The notes under the pieces: model-generated | What the model was told of the DNA's origin: nothing | Database searches by the model: none | Seen by the model: the letters and a program-made list of their open reading frames with translations, nothing else | Part shown: piece after piece, positions 28,825 through 42,884 of the stretch | How the letters are laid out: every line of letters begins with the position of its first letter | Position numbering within the stretch: position 1 is the first letter of the stretch | NCBI RefSeq assembly: GCF_009914755.1 | Contig: NC_060926.1 | Strand: one strand, 5' to 3' | DNA from: the human T2T-CHM13v2.0 reference genome, Homo sapiens | Length of the DNA stretch: 64,000 bases | Made by a program: the position numbers and the translations under genes

Positions 28825-29850
28825 GATATCAGTATTTATCTATAATAATCAGGCTCTTTCACCTGTAAATAGAAAAAATTTTAAAGAGTTTAGACGAAAA
28901 TATTAATGCATATACGATATAAAAAGTCCAGAAGTCCTGTTGGTATAGGGATGGCAGGAACCAGGTTTACCATTGTAATCATTAGCTTAGTCTTGTTCTT
29001 CCTTCTTTCTCTTTCTCTTTCTCACTCTCCATCCCATTGTTTCCCTCCCTCCCACTCTTCGTCTCATTTTCTCTCCATTTCCCTGCTCTGCTTCATCTGG
29101 AAATGCTGGGTTCATCATAAGGCTCTTACTCCATGGTGAAAAGAGGTACCAGTACCTTCGAGGTTACAAGATTGTTACATGTAGTTAACTGAGAGGAAAA
29201 GAGACCATCTCCTGTACAGCCTTCACGTATCAGGGAAGACTCTTTTTGGCTTGTGTTACAAACTGAATTTCCGTGAGACTGACTCTGACACAGAGTGTAG
29301 CTTACTGAATGTTTCCTGGGATAAATGTCCATGGAAGGGAAGGAGAAGGAAACAGGAATGGGCAGAGGGAGAACTTGAGCTGCTTTGCAACCCAGTGACA
29401 ACATCTCCCAACAGAAGAATGCTTTTCAGCTTGCCTCCTATTGGGTGAAGATGGTTCAGCCTTCATACTCCTGCATTGATCCATCACTGGATGTGGGCTA
29501 CCCAGGTAAAGGAAGGCAATCTCTGAAGGGGCCCAACTACTGAGCTTTCTCTACTGACAGTAACTTCCTGTGGCTAGGACATTGTTTCATTGATGGGGGA
29601 CTGGGCGGTACACCAAAGTGCCACTCCATCCTAATATGGCCTGAATTCCTAGCTGTCAACCAATCAATGTCCCCAAGAAATGGAGTCCATGGATTGACCT
29701 GTACTATCCTATGGCTGAGGCTGGGGTAGGATTGGACTGTGTGTGGTCAACCACATCTAAATCACATAAAATTGGCTCCCCACAAAAAAAGATGAATTTG
29801 ACTGCAGATGAAGGAAGGGAAATGCTGAACTGAGATATACATGACAACCT
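28825..29850 (-). mobile_element. Old MLT1J/K/L-like LTR interrupted by an LTR16-like element
   Basis: Degenerate motifs AAAAAGTCCAGAAGT, CAGGGAAGACTCT..TGGC before the insert and AACCAATCAATGT after it; boundaries are approximate. Confidence 0.5.
29252..29628 (-). mobile_element. LTR16-like (ERVL) solo LTR
   Basis: GACTCTGACACAGAG..GGAAGGGAAGGAGAAGGAAACAGGAATGGGCAGAGGGAGAACTTGAGCTG; ends GGGGGACTGGGCGG..CCACTCCA. Confidence 0.75.
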
Positions 29851-30769
29851 CTGCCTTAGGTCACTTAACTATGAAGCCAGCTTGTCTTTAGGTTTCTGAA
29901 TAAAGGGAATTATGATAGTAGAATACATTTTTATTCAGAACATAGAATTTGGATATGTTTTATCCCTAAACCTCTCTTCTTCTGTGTTATTGAGCATGTA
30001 TTAGCTCACCACGTAGCATACATGAAAGGACAGCCAGCTTCCACGAACTTCTGTTCATATAGAGTTGATGATGTTACAGTTATTTGTGAGTTAAAATACA
30101 CGAGCATTCTCTTCATTTATTTCAGAATAATGTATTCCTATGTGTATGTATACATTGATTTTACCGTGGAACTTCTTTTTTTTTAAGTAGAACATCTTAG
30201 AAGAGAATGCACACTAGGAAAAGCTGGGATGATTAGACCAAAATCTCAAAGACAGCAGTAGAATCAGTGTTGACACTTCACTATTCTTACTTAAAAAGTA
30301 TTATTTGTAGTTCTGTTGTAGAGACTGATCATGTGTCTTAGCTCTCTTACTAAATAGTAACTCTCTGAGGGCAGAGTGCTATGCTTGCTTTCTATCTCAT
30401 ACAGTATAGATATCCAACATTACACAATATAGACATGAAAAAATGTTTGCATAAATGACTGTCAGTAAGTTAACTGTGCTGATTTAAAAAAAACTCATAG
30501 TCATCATGAGAATTAAGGTTAAAATTCAGTGAAATAATGTCACCATCAGAAATCCAATGTCAGCAGCATTGACTTCAGTTAATTCAGTTAATTTTAACCT
30601 GTCAGAGTCAGCCTCTCTAAAAGCTATGTCAGTTCTTTCCCCTTTGACACGTGTGGCAATATGTGTTCAGGTTGATATATTGTTGGTCATAGGAAGTGAG
30701 CAGATTTTTGCAAACATATTACTGAATGAAGAATTAAACCTCCATTTTATACCAAACTTTCTGATAGGC

Positions 30770-30930
30770 TTTTAACACACATTATCTGATTATCTCAAAG
30801 AACTCTGGGAAATTATTACCCCCATTCTAATGATGAAAAAACTGAGACTCAGACATATTTAAACACTAACTGATAGAAAAAAGTCTTAGGATTCAAACAC
30901 ATGGCCTCAGCTCCTTCCATTCTACCAACT
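30770..30930 (-). mobile_element. MIR fragment
   Basis: ATTATTACCCCCATTCTAATGATGAAAAAACTGAGACTCAGA core. Confidence 0.7.
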
Positions 30931-31530
30931 ACCTTGAATTTTTGCCTGTTTCTGTAAGATTAAACAATATTTGTAGTAAATAAATCTGAATACTAATATA
31001 CTACATGATAGTGGTCTGTTTAAATGAACTCTCTGCATTTTACAGAATCATTGTCTGTTTTTATGAAATATTACAGCCTTATACTGCATTTTATCTTGTC
31101 ATTCCTACAGCTGTCCTATTGATTAGGGCAAAGTAGATTTTAGTATCTTTTTTAGAACATGACATTATATGTTAACAAAGCGCTGAGTTTAGAACTAAAG
31201 TCCTGAAATTGTCCTCAGGGCTTTGCTAAATCTAGATTATTCATACAACACTAATGACTGTAAACATGATCTGAAATTCTGCATTTAGAAATATTTTCTT
31301 AACATGAATTTTGTGCAGCCACCACAGAGAAACAAATTATGTTTGCTTATACTTTTATTATTGGCTGTAATACATGTTGATCAAAGACAATTTGTGAATA
31401 CAGAAAAATGAAATGTCTGAAAGAAGAGAAGAATGTGAGTGTTATAAAGTGTACCTTGTTTTAATGTTTATTTTATTACTGATACCTAGATTCAATGGTA
31501 CAATTACCCTTTGTTTAAAAAAAGGTATTT

Positions 31531-31733
31531 AGCCTGGGCAACACAGTAAGACCTTGTCTCTAGAAAAATAAAACAAATTAGCCAGTGATGGTGGCCTGTG
31601 CCTGTAGACCCAGCTAGTCAAGAAGCTGAGGCTGGAGGATCCTTTGAGACTACTAGTTTGAGGCTGCACTAAGCTATGATTTTGCCACCACACTCCAGCC
31701 TGGCTGATAGAGCGAGACTCCATCTCTTAAAAA
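31531..31733 (+). mobile_element. 5'-truncated AluJ
   Basis: Begins at AGCCTGGGCAACACAGTAAGACC; right arm complete. Confidence 0.88.
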
Positions 31734-32562
31734 TTTTTAATTTAATTTTTGTAAAAGATGTTTTTAAAATTCTTTATTGTATTTTGTCGATATAGTCTAC
31801 CTATTATGGGTCTTGTTTATCTACAAGAAAAATGATTTTTGAAATTGGAGGCAAAAGTGTAATAATTTACTGTTCAGTTTTGCTTGTGACAATGCCAGAG
31901 TTTGTGTTAGTTTTTGGAAAAATTTTCAAGTCACATGAGCATCTTTTGCCTTAAAGAGCACACACCATTTACTTTCATCCATCCTTTCATCATGGGGAAG
32001 ATTAAATGGGACACATGGAGCCAGGAAAGGTGGGTGACAGCTGGGAGAAATTTTCTTAGAGGCCTCAGAGCACTTCCAGAGGATTGATTTGAATCCATTT
32101 TCTGCCAGTTCCTTTAGCTTTACCCAGGTTATCATCCCTGCAGGGAGCTGGGAGCTGTATCTCATTGAACTTCTGATATGTTAGACAACTCTAGAACATT
32201 CTTAAATTTCCTTAAGCTTGATTCCTTAGTTAAAAAAATAGAGGTAAAAATCTTTACCTCCTCTATTTCTTCTAAGAACAATATAAAGAAAATGCATTTG
32301 CATTTGAAAAAAATGATTTTTAACTTGTGAGGGCCATTTGTGTTGACTTAGTAAATTGACTTCCCCCTGAGTGCAGTAGAAAGGCACAGACTGACTTTTT
32401 ACAGCACTGAACGTTTAGTGGTAGGTGGTCAGTGGTTTATATTTTATTATCAAGAAGTCAAAGAAAATGTATTTGATGGCGAGGCGCAGTGGCTCACGCC
32501 CGTAATCCCAGCACTTTGGGAGGCCGAGGCATTACCAAGAAGTCAAAGAAAATGTATTTGAT

Positions 32563-32864
<302 letters not shown>

Positions 32865-34119
32865 CATATCTTTCTCAATGAATTTGCTTGGGGGCAAATT
32901 ACTGCAAGTCAGCAAATACTTATTTTGTGCTTTTATTCTGCCTTTTAAATAACCTGGCCTTCTTGATTTGAGACTGGCTAGAAAATAAGGCCTCCTCAAT
33001 TATTTAAACTATTGTCTATTGTCAACTATTAGCCATAGTGAAAAAAGAAATCTTCTTAAAGAACTTAAATGTGCTATCTCTGGTCCCAAAGGCACATTGA
33101 AATCGGGCCGATAGAAACGCGATAGCAGTTGTGCACCATGTCTGCAACTGTGGCAGACACACAACAGAAGTTAGTAATTGAGCTGCTCATTACAGACAGG
33201 GAGAGGCCTGTTAACTTTCTGTAACTGCTGGAGCGTGTCTATAGTTTCTTTGCTGTGGCACTAGATTCATCAAATGCTGAGTCCTCCTAGAGGTGACGGG
33301 CTGACCTTCTGTACAGACTGATTCTGACTGTCTTCATGTGAGTCACATTGGGCAGCGTTTTGGTGGTACCAGACTGCTGTCAAAGCTTATTTCCCTCTCT
33401 GTTAACTGTTTGAAGATTTATGTACCAACAGGAATTTAATCAGTGCTGTACTTTAAATAATTTTGTGCTTGGCTCAAACAAGAAGAGTTAATCAATTCAT
33501 TAGAGGTGGATTATAAGCCCCACCTCCTATAACTTTTTTTTTTATTGTGTCAGAAGTTTGGAAATAAAATACATGTTATTATTGAAAACACTTTATTGAA
33601 TGAGGATTTCAAAAATTAGGTCATTTCTTTTCCTTTATTTCTGGATTGTTTTCTCCTGCATGACATTTGACACTTTGTCAAGCAAACAATTGAGGATAGC
33701 CCATAACCAAAGATTACCTGTCGTTGGGAAGCAGGTGTCACGCTGATGAATCAGAGCCAGATAAATCTAGGCCAACAGAGGTATGTTTGCTTATAGAACT
33801 AAGCAAGACTTTCTATGTGGAAGAACTAGAAGACCAACAGATATAAGCTGTTAGTTTTAGTGTTGGCACCAACACTGCTACTATAATCCCACACTAGTCT
33901 CCAAATATTTTTGTGCACATTCAAAATTCACATGAATTTGTCATTTGCACTTTCTAACTTAACACTCCTGTGATTAATCTGTGGCTGGATAGTTGTAGAT
34001 CAGGGATCTGTTAGTTGGAAATGTTCCCTTCTGAAAGGGCAGAAGGTTAGGGCCTAGCTTTCTTGCTGTGATAAATGTCTTTTCAGCTTCTGCTTCTTTC
34101 TTGTTGCTTAAATTGGGGA

Positions 34120-34350
34120 TGGAGAAAGCTCCCAACTACCATTCATTGTCTAACCTCATACCCTGCTTTATCTTCTTCATAGCAGTCATCATTCTCTTAA
34201 GTATTTGTGTTCCACTATAGGAATATAAGCTTCAAAAGTGCAGGAACCTTGTTGACAACTTCTTCACCATCATTATATCCCAGTTCCTAGAAAAGTATCT
34301 GCCTTGCCCTGAAGCACGTCTTCAAAAAACATTAGTTAAAAGAATGAATA
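34120..34350 (+). mobile_element. L2 3' end
   Basis: GAATATAAGCTTCAAAAGTGCAGGAACCTTG..TATATCCCAGTTCCTAGAA..GAATGAAT terminus. Confidence 0.7.
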
Positions 34351-34351
34351 A

Positions 34352-34674
<323 letters not shown>

Positions 34675-36594
34675 TAGGGAAAACTTTCTTACAGTAGAAT
34701 AAAGATGCAGATATGTCTCGGTTCACAGTCAGGCTGTAAACATTCTATTTAGGTGTTCAGCACCACTTCAATTATACTAAAGATGAAATTGGTCAGATCA
34801 GAAATTTAACCATCATTTGTAATGTTTTGCTTGTGGTTTTAAATACGTTATTGAAAAATTACAAATATAAGATTGTTTATAGGTGAATTATAGGGGAAAA
34901 TGTAAGTTGATTTAAGCTATTTTCATTCCAATATAATACTTTCTGCTCCAGTGCTACTTCAGGGGAAAATTAGAGCATTAACTCTTGACTAGTACAGTTG
35001 AAATATAATGGAATCTGAGGAAGTACTTAATATGTAACATGGATTAACAGCAGATCTGTGTCATAGATTAATATTTTCAGACTTATGGGAAACCCTAACT
35101 TTTGCTGCAGCTACATTTGTTCCAGACATGGGATTTCCTTTTGTAGTGTATAGATTCCATTAGAATTCTGACCGTTTTTTGGTCCCTTTTATGTAACATG
35201 AAATGCAATGATAATATTAAAATGTATGAAAATGTACTTTATGATAAATAGGTCTGAAGTCAATTCTCATATACCTCTTTTGGGGATTTGCAATTTTATT
35301 TATTAAATTATGTAGAACTTTAGTTATAACAGCAACACAGAAGGAGTTACCTACACCTGGACTCACCCGAGAGAAAGCCTCTGACTCAGAGAAGTGGGTC
35401 CAGAAATCTGTGGAATGCTCCGTTTTCGCTTATTAGTAGTGCATTGCCAAAGCTTTCAGGAAATTAGAGCTTTGGGGAACAGATTTGCTTTATTGTCAAG
35501 GATTGCCTATAGCTGTACATTCCTTTGAAATTCAGGTTTCACTCAGATGACAAAATGATGGTTTGGTAGGCCTAGGAGGATGTGTACTTTCCAAACTGGA
35601 GAAAATCTAGGTTGTGGTATTAATCTTAAAAGCACCCCAATGTTAGACACAGCTGCCTGCCTGACATGTGCCTCAGGTTTATCCTACATGTTTACAAAGC
35701 TCAGTTGTAAATCTGAGTATTAATGAGAAGATGTTCCATGAAAGATTTTCAACAAATAATTAATAATGCATTCAGTTAACCATAAAGGCATTTCAAGGAA
35801 AAACTCAGACTTTGAAGACAAATGATTTGAATAAATGGATAAAAATAAGCTTAGGGGCTTTTGCAGATTCATCACTCAACTCTCTTACTTCATTATCCAC
35901 ATAAATACAGCATTATTCAGATGCATTTTAACCTTCAAATAACTCATACTTCTTATTGCTGTTTTTATCATAAACCTTGAGTAAGGTAGCCTCTTAAACT
36001 ATTTATATACCTAACATAGATAAAATAAAAATTAAAAAGAAGGAAAAACAAAAGGAACTTGGTTGGGAATATGTAAGAACTTTTTGCCATACATCTTTGA
36101 GGTAATGACAACAAGTTTCTTTAAAAAATAAATACTGCTGGATTCCTGGGCAAGACGGCCAAACAGGAACAGCTCCCGTCTGCAGCTCTCAGAGAGACCA
36201 GCGCAGAAGGTGTGTGATTTCTGCAACTGAGGTACTTGGTTCATCTCAATGGGACTAGTTAGACAGTGGGCGCAGCCCATGGAGGTCGAGCAGAAGCAGG
36301 GTGGGGTGTCGCCTCACCCAGGAAGCACGAGGGGTCAGGGAACTCCTTCCCCTAGCCAAGGGAAGCCCTGAGGGACTGTGCCGTGAGAGACGGAGCTATC
36401 TGGCCCACATACTACGCTTTTCCCATGGTCTTCACAACCTGTAAACCAGGAGGTTGCCTCGGGTGCCTATACCACAAAGGCCCTGGGTTTCAAGCACAAA
36501 ACTGGATGGTCGTTTGGGCAGACACTGAACTAGCTGCAGGAGTTTTTTTTTTCATACCCCAGTGGCACCTGGAAGGCCAGTGAGACAGAACCAT

Positions 36595-36771
36595 TCACTC
36601 CCCTGGAAAGGGGGGCTGAAGCCAGGGAGCCAAGTGGTCTAGCTCAGTGGATCCCACCCCCACAGAATCCAGCAAGCTAAGATCCGCTGGCTTGAAACAC
36701 TTGCTGCCAGCACAGCAGTCTGAAATCAACCTGGGATGCTCGAGCTTGGTGGGGGGAGGGGTGTCTGCCAT
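36595..36771 (-). CDS. ORF0: ORF0-like antisense ORF in the L1 5'UTR (58 aa; translation unproven)
   Basis: MADTPPPTKLEHPRLISDCCAGS..DSVGVGSTE resembles L1 ORF0 as I recall it (MAGAPPPASLPPCSLISDCCAS..DSVGVGPSE); Kozak context gtaATGg. Confidence 0.55.
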   Translation of the reverse strand: MADTPPPTKLEHPRLISDCCAGSKCFKPADLSLLDSVGVGSTELDHLAPWLQPPFPGE

Positions 36772-37478
36772 TACTGAGGCTTGGGTAGGTGGCTTTCCCC
36801 TCACAGTGTAAACAAAGCTGCCAGGCAGTTTGGACTGGGCAGAGCCCACCACAGTGCCAAAAAGCCACTGTAGCAAGACTGCCTCTCTAGATTCCTCCTC
36901 TCTAGCCAGGGCATCTCTGAAAGAAAGGCAGCAGCCCCAGTCAGGGGCTTATAAATAAAACTCCCATCTCCCTGCAACGGAGCACCTGGGGAAAGGGGGG
37001 GATGTGGGTACAGCTTCAGCCGACTTAAACGTTCCTGCCTGCCAGCTCTGAGGAGGGCAGCAGATCTCCCAGCATAGTGCTCGAGCTCTGCCAAGGGACA
37101 GACTGCCTCCTCAAGTGGGTCCCTGACCCCCGTGCCACCTAACAGGGAGATACCTCCCAGCAGGGGACGACACACACCTCATACAGGAGAGCTCTGGCTG
37201 GCATCTGGTGGGTGTCCATCTGGGACAAAGCTTCCAGAGAAAGGAGCAGTCAGCAATCTTTACTGTCCTGCAACCTTCGCTGATGATACCCAGGCAAAGA
37301 GGGTCTGGAGTAGACCTCCAGCAAACTCCAGCAGACCTGCAGAAGAGGGACCTGACTGTCAGAAGGAAAACTAACAAACAGAAAGGAATAGCCTCAACAT
37401 CAACAAAAAGGACAACCAAGCAAAAACTCCATCTGAAGGTCACCAACAGCAAAGACCAAAGGTAGATAATCCACAAAG

Positions 37479-38488
37479 ATGAGGAAAACAACAGTGAAAA
37501 AAGGCTGAATGTCCCAAATACCAGAACACTTCTTCTCCACCAAAGGATCATAACTCCTCGCCAGCAAGGGAACAAAACTGGACGGAGAATGAGTTTGATG
37601 AAATGACAGAAGTAGGCTTCAGAAGGTGGGTAATAGCAAACTCCTCCGACCTAAGGGAGCATGTTCTAACCCAATGAAAGGAAGCTAAGAACCTTGATAA
37701 AAGGTTAGAGGAATTGCTAACTAGAATAACCAGTTTAGAGAAGAACAGAAATGACCTGATGGAGCTGAAAAACACAGCACGAGAACTTCATGAAGCATAC
37801 ACAAGTATCAGTAGCCAAATTGATCAAGTGGAAGAAAGGATATCAGAGATTGAAGATCAATTTAATGAAATAAAGCGTGAAGACAAGATTAGAGAAAAAA
37901 TAATAAAAAAGAATGAACAAAGCCTCCAAGAAATATGGGACCATGTGAAAACGCCAAACCTACAATTGATTGGTGTATCTGAAAGTGATGGGGAGAATGG
38001 AACCAAGATGGAAAACACACTTCAGTATATTATCCAGGAGAACTTCCCCAACCTAGCAAGACAGGCCAACATCAAATTCAGGAAATACAAAGAACACTGC
38101 AGAGATACTCCTTAAGAAGAGCAATAATCGTTAGATTCACCAAGATTGAAATGAAGGAAAAAATGTTAAGGGCAGCCAGAGATAAAGGTTGGGTTACCCA
38201 CAAAGGGAAACCCATCAGACACAGCAGATCTCTCTGTAGAAACCTTGCAAGCCAGAAGAGAGCGGGGGAAAATATTCAACATTCTTAAAGGAAAGAATTT
38301 TCAACCCAGAATTTCATAGCCAGCCAAACTAAGCTTCATAAGCAAAGAAGAAATAAAATCCTTTGCAGACAAGCAAATGCTGAGGGATTTTGTCATCACC
38401 AGGCCTGCCTTAAAGAGCTCCTGATGGAAGCGCTAAATGTGGCAAGGAAAAACCGGTACCAGACACTGCAAAAACAAGCCAAATGTAA
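37479..38488 (+). pseudogene. L1 ORF1p remnant
   Basis: Coiled-coil peptide LTRITSLEKNRNDLMELKNTARELHEA..QSLQEIWD; broken by stops and frameshifts. Confidence 0.92.
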
Positions 38489-38551
38489 AGACCATCGACA
38501 CTATGAAGAAACTGCATCAACTAATGGCCAAAATAACCAGGTAACATCATA

Positions 38552-38755
38552 ATGATGGAAATCAAATTCACATGTAACAATACGAACCTTAAGTGTAAAT
38601 GGGCTAAATGCCCCAATTAAAAGGCACAGACTGGCAAATTGGTTAAAAGAGTCAAGACCCGCTGGTGTGCTGCATTCAGGAGACCCATCTCGTGTGCAAA
38701 GACACACATGGGCTCAAAATAAAGGGATGGAGGAAGATTTACCAAGCAAATGGAA

Positions 38756-38786
<31 letters not shown>

Positions 38787-41700
38787 GCAGGGATGGCAAT
38801 CCTAGTCTCTGATAAAACAGACTTTAAACCAACAAAGATCAAAAAAGACAAAGAAGGACATTACGTAATGGTAAAGAGATCAATGCAACAAGAAGAGCTA
38901 ACTATCCTAAATATATATGCACCCAATACAGGAGCACTCAGATTTATAAAGCAGGTTCTTAGAGACCTACAAAGAGACTTAGACTCCCACACAATAATAG
39001 TGGGAGACTTTACCACCCCATTGTCAAATAAGACCGATCAAGGAGACAGAAAATTAACAAGGATATTCAGGACTTGAACTCAGCTCTGGACCAAGCAGAC
39101 CCAATATACATCTATAGAACTCTCCACCCCAAATCAACTGAATATACATTCTTCTCAGCACCACATAGCACTTATTCTAAAATTGACCACATAATCGGAA
39201 GTAAAACACTCCTCAGCAAATGCAAAAGAACACAAATCATAACAGTCTCTCAGACCACAGTGCAATCAGATTAGAACTCAGGATTAAGAAACTCACTCAA
39301 AACTGCATAACTACAGGGAAACCAAACAACCTGCTCCTAAATGACTACTGGGTAAATAACAAAATTAAGGCAGAAATCAATAAGTTCTTTGAAACTAATG
39401 AGAACAAAGACACAATGTACCAGAATCTCTGAGACACAGCTAAAGCAGTGTTTAGAGGGAAATTTATAGCACTAAATGCCCACAGGACAAAGTGGGAAAG
39501 ATCTAAAATTGACATCCTAACATCACAATTAAAAGAACTAGAGAAGCAAGAGCAAACAAATTCAAAAGCTAGCAGAAGACAAGAAATAACTAAGATCAGA
39601 GCAGAAATGAAGGAGAGAGAGACATGAAACACCCTTCAAAAAAATCAGTGAATCCAGGAGCTAGTTTGTTTGAAAAGATTAACAAAATACATAGACCACT
39701 AGCCAGACCAATAAAGAAGAGAGAAGAATCAAATAGACACAATAAAAATTGATAAAAGGGAGATCACCACTGATCCCACAGAAATACAGACTGCCATCAG
39801 AGAATACTATAAAACACCTCTACACAAATAAACTAGACAATCTAGAAGAAATGGATACATTTCTGGAAACATACACCCTCCCAAGACTAAATCAGGAAGA
39901 AGTCGAATCCCTGAATAGATCAATAACAAGTTCTGAAATTGAGGCAGTAATTAATAGGCTACCAACCAAAAAAAACCCAGGATCAGATGGATTCATAGCC
40001 AACTTATACCAGAAGTACAAAGAGGAGCTGTTACTATTCCTTCTGAAACTATTCCAAACAATAAAAAAAGAGGGACTCCTCACTAACTCATTTTATGAGG
40101 CCAGCATCATCCTGATAACAAAACCTGGCAGAGACACAACTAAACAAGAACATTTCAGCCCAATATCCCTGATGAACATCAATGCGAAAATCCTCAATAA
40201 ATACTGGCAAACCAAATTCAGCAGCACATCAAAAACTTATCGACTATGATCAAGTTGGCTTCATCCTTTGGATGCAAGGCTGGTTCAACATATGCAAATC
40301 AATAAATGTAATCCATCACATAAACAAAACCAATGACAAAAAACACATGATTATCTCAATGGATGCAGAAAAGGCCTTTGATAAAATTCAAAACCCCTTC
40401 ATGCTAAAAGCACTCAATAAACTAGGTATTGATGAAACATATCTCAAAATAATAAGAGCTATTTATGGCAAACCCACAGCCAGTATCACACTGAATGGGC
40501 AAAAGCTGGAAGTATTCCATTTGAAAACTGGCACAAGAAAAGGATGCCCTCTCTCACCACTCCTATTTAACATAGTATTAGAAGTTCTGGCCAGAGCAGT
40601 CAGGCAAGATAAAGAAATAAAGGGTATTCACTTAAGAATAGAGGAAGTCAAATTATCTCTGTTTGCAGATGACATAATTCTATATTTAGAAAACACCATC
40701 GTCAGGCCCAAAATCTCCTTAAGATGATAAGCAACTTCAGCAAAGTCTCAGGATACAAAATTAATGTGGAAAAATCACAAGCATTCCTATACACCAATAA
40801 TAGACAGACACAGAGCCAAATCTTGAGCAAACTCCCATTCACAATTGCTATAAAGAGAATAAAATACCTAGGAATAAAGCTTACAAGGATGTGAAGGACC
40901 TCTTCAAGGAGAACTACAAACCACTGCTCAAGGAAATAGGAGAGGACACACACAAATGGAAAAACATTCCATGCTGATGGATAGGAAGAAACAATATCAT
41001 GAAAATGGCCATACTGCCCAATGTAATTTATAGATTCAATGCTACTCTCATCAAGCTACCACTGACTTTCTTCACAGAATTAGGAAAAAGCTACTTTAAA
41101 TTTCATACAGAACCAAAAAAGATCCTGTATAGCCTAAGCAAAAAGAGCAAAGCTGGAGGCATCATGCTACCTGATTTCAAACTATACTACAAGGCTACAT
41201 TAACCAAAATGTTATGGTACTGGTACCAAAACAGATACATAGACCAATGGAACAGAACAGAGGCCTCAGAAATAATGCCACACATCTACAACCACCTGAT
41301 CTTTGACAAATGTGACAAAAACAAGCAATGGGGAAAGGATTTCCTATTTAATAAATGGTGTTGGGAAAACTCGCTAGCCATATGCAGAAAACTGAAACTG
41401 GACCCCTTCGTTACACTGTATACAAAAATTAATGCAAGATGGATTAAAGATTTAAACATAATACCTAAAACCATAAAAACCCTAGAAGAAAACCTAGTCA
41501 ATACCATTCAGGACATAGGCATGGGCAAAGACTTCATGACTAAAACACCAAAAGCAATGGCAACAAAAGCCAAAATTGACAAATGACAAATGTGATCTAA
41601 TGAAACTAAAGAGCTTCTGCACAGCAAAAGAAACTGTCATCAGAGTGAACAGGCAACCTACAGAATGGGAGAAAATTTTTGCTATCTATCCATCTGACAA

Positions 41701-42383
41701 AGGGCTAATATCCAGAGTCTACAAGGAACTTAAACAAATTCACAAGAAAAAACAATCCCACCAAAAAGTGGGCAAAGGATATGAACAGACACTTCTCAAA
41801 GTAAGACATTTATGTGGCCAACAAACATATGAAGAAAAGCTCCTCATCACTGGTCATTAGAGAAAAGCAAATCAAAACCACAATGAGATACCATCTCATG
41901 CCAGTTAGAATGGTGATCATTAAAAAGTCAGGAAACAATAGATGCTGGAGAGGACATAGAGAAATAGGAATGCTTTTACACTGTTGGTGGGAATGTAAAT
42001 TAGTTCAACCATTGTGAAAGACAGTATGGCGATTCCTCAATGATCTAGAACCAGGAATACCATTTGGCCCAGCAATCCCATTACTGGGTATATACCCAAA
42101 GGATTATAAATCATTCTACCATAAAGACACATGCACTTGTATGTTTATTGCAGCACTCTTCACAATAGCAAAGACTTGGAACCAACCAAAATGCCCATCA
42201 ATGTTAGACTGGATAAAGAAAATTTGGCATACATACACCATGGAATATTATGCAGCTATAAAAAAGAACGAGTTCATGTCCTTTGCAGGGTCATGGATAA
42301 AGCTGGAAACCATCATTCTCAGCAAACTAACACAGGAACAGAAAACCAAACACCACACATTCTCACTGATAAGTGAGAGTTGA
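38552..42383 (+). pseudogene. L1 ORF2p (endonuclease/reverse transcriptase) remnant
   Basis: EN motifs LNIYAPN, IIVGDF and SDHS; RT motifs [14 protein letters not shown] and LFADD; C-terminal CWRG..HCWWEC; split across many frames. Confidence 0.95.
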
Positions 42384-42601
42384 ACAATGAGAACATGGGC
42401 ACAGGGCAGGGAACATCACACACCGGGGCCTGTTGGGGAGGTTGGGGGCAAGGAGAGGGATACCATTAGGAGAAATACCTAATGTAGATGACTGTTTGAT
42501 GGGTGCAGCAAACCACCGTGGCCCATATATACCTATGTAACAAACCTGCATGTTCTGCCCAGGTATCCCAAAACTTAAAGTATAATTAAAAAAAAAAAAA
42601 A

Positions 42602-42884
42602 GCCAGCTAAATCCCACTGAAACCAAGATGGTTATGAGAGTGACCTTTGGTCATCCTCACTGCTATAGTCCTACCAGCGCCATGACAGTTTACAAATCCC
42701 ATGGCAATATCATGAAGTTACCCTGTATGGTCTAAAAAGGTGAGGCATGAATAATTTACCCCTTGTTAGGATATAATCGAGAAATAATCATACAAATGGA
42801 CAACCAACAGCCCTCAGGGCTGCTATGCCTATGGAGTAGCTATTCTTTATTCCTTTACTTTCTTAATAGACTTGCTTTCACTTT
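42602..42884 (+). mobile_element. MER41A-like LTR internal fragment (putative L1 3' transduction)
   Basis: AAACCAAGATGG..GAGAGTGACC..CCAGCGCCATGACAGTTTACAAAT..TATGGAGTAGC..CTTGCTTTCACTTT; followed by an A-rich tail and the L1 TSD. Confidence 0.88.

Larger units (their letters stand above)
36139..42601 (+). mobile_element. Full-length, inactivated L1PA7-like LINE-1
   Basis: 5' end GGCAAGACGGCCAAACAGGAACAGCTCC, 5'UTR of about 1.34 kb, ORF1 and ORF2 remnants, G-rich 3'UTR, A14 tail, TT/AAAA endonuclease site at 36121-36126. Confidence 0.96.

Noticed and set aside
36139-42601. Possibly retrotransposition-competent L1
   Set aside because: ORF1 and ORF2 both carry multiple stops and frameshifts.
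42602-42884. MER41 as an interferon-gamma/STAT1 enhancer
   Set aside because: No TTC-N3-GAA site is visible in this fragment.
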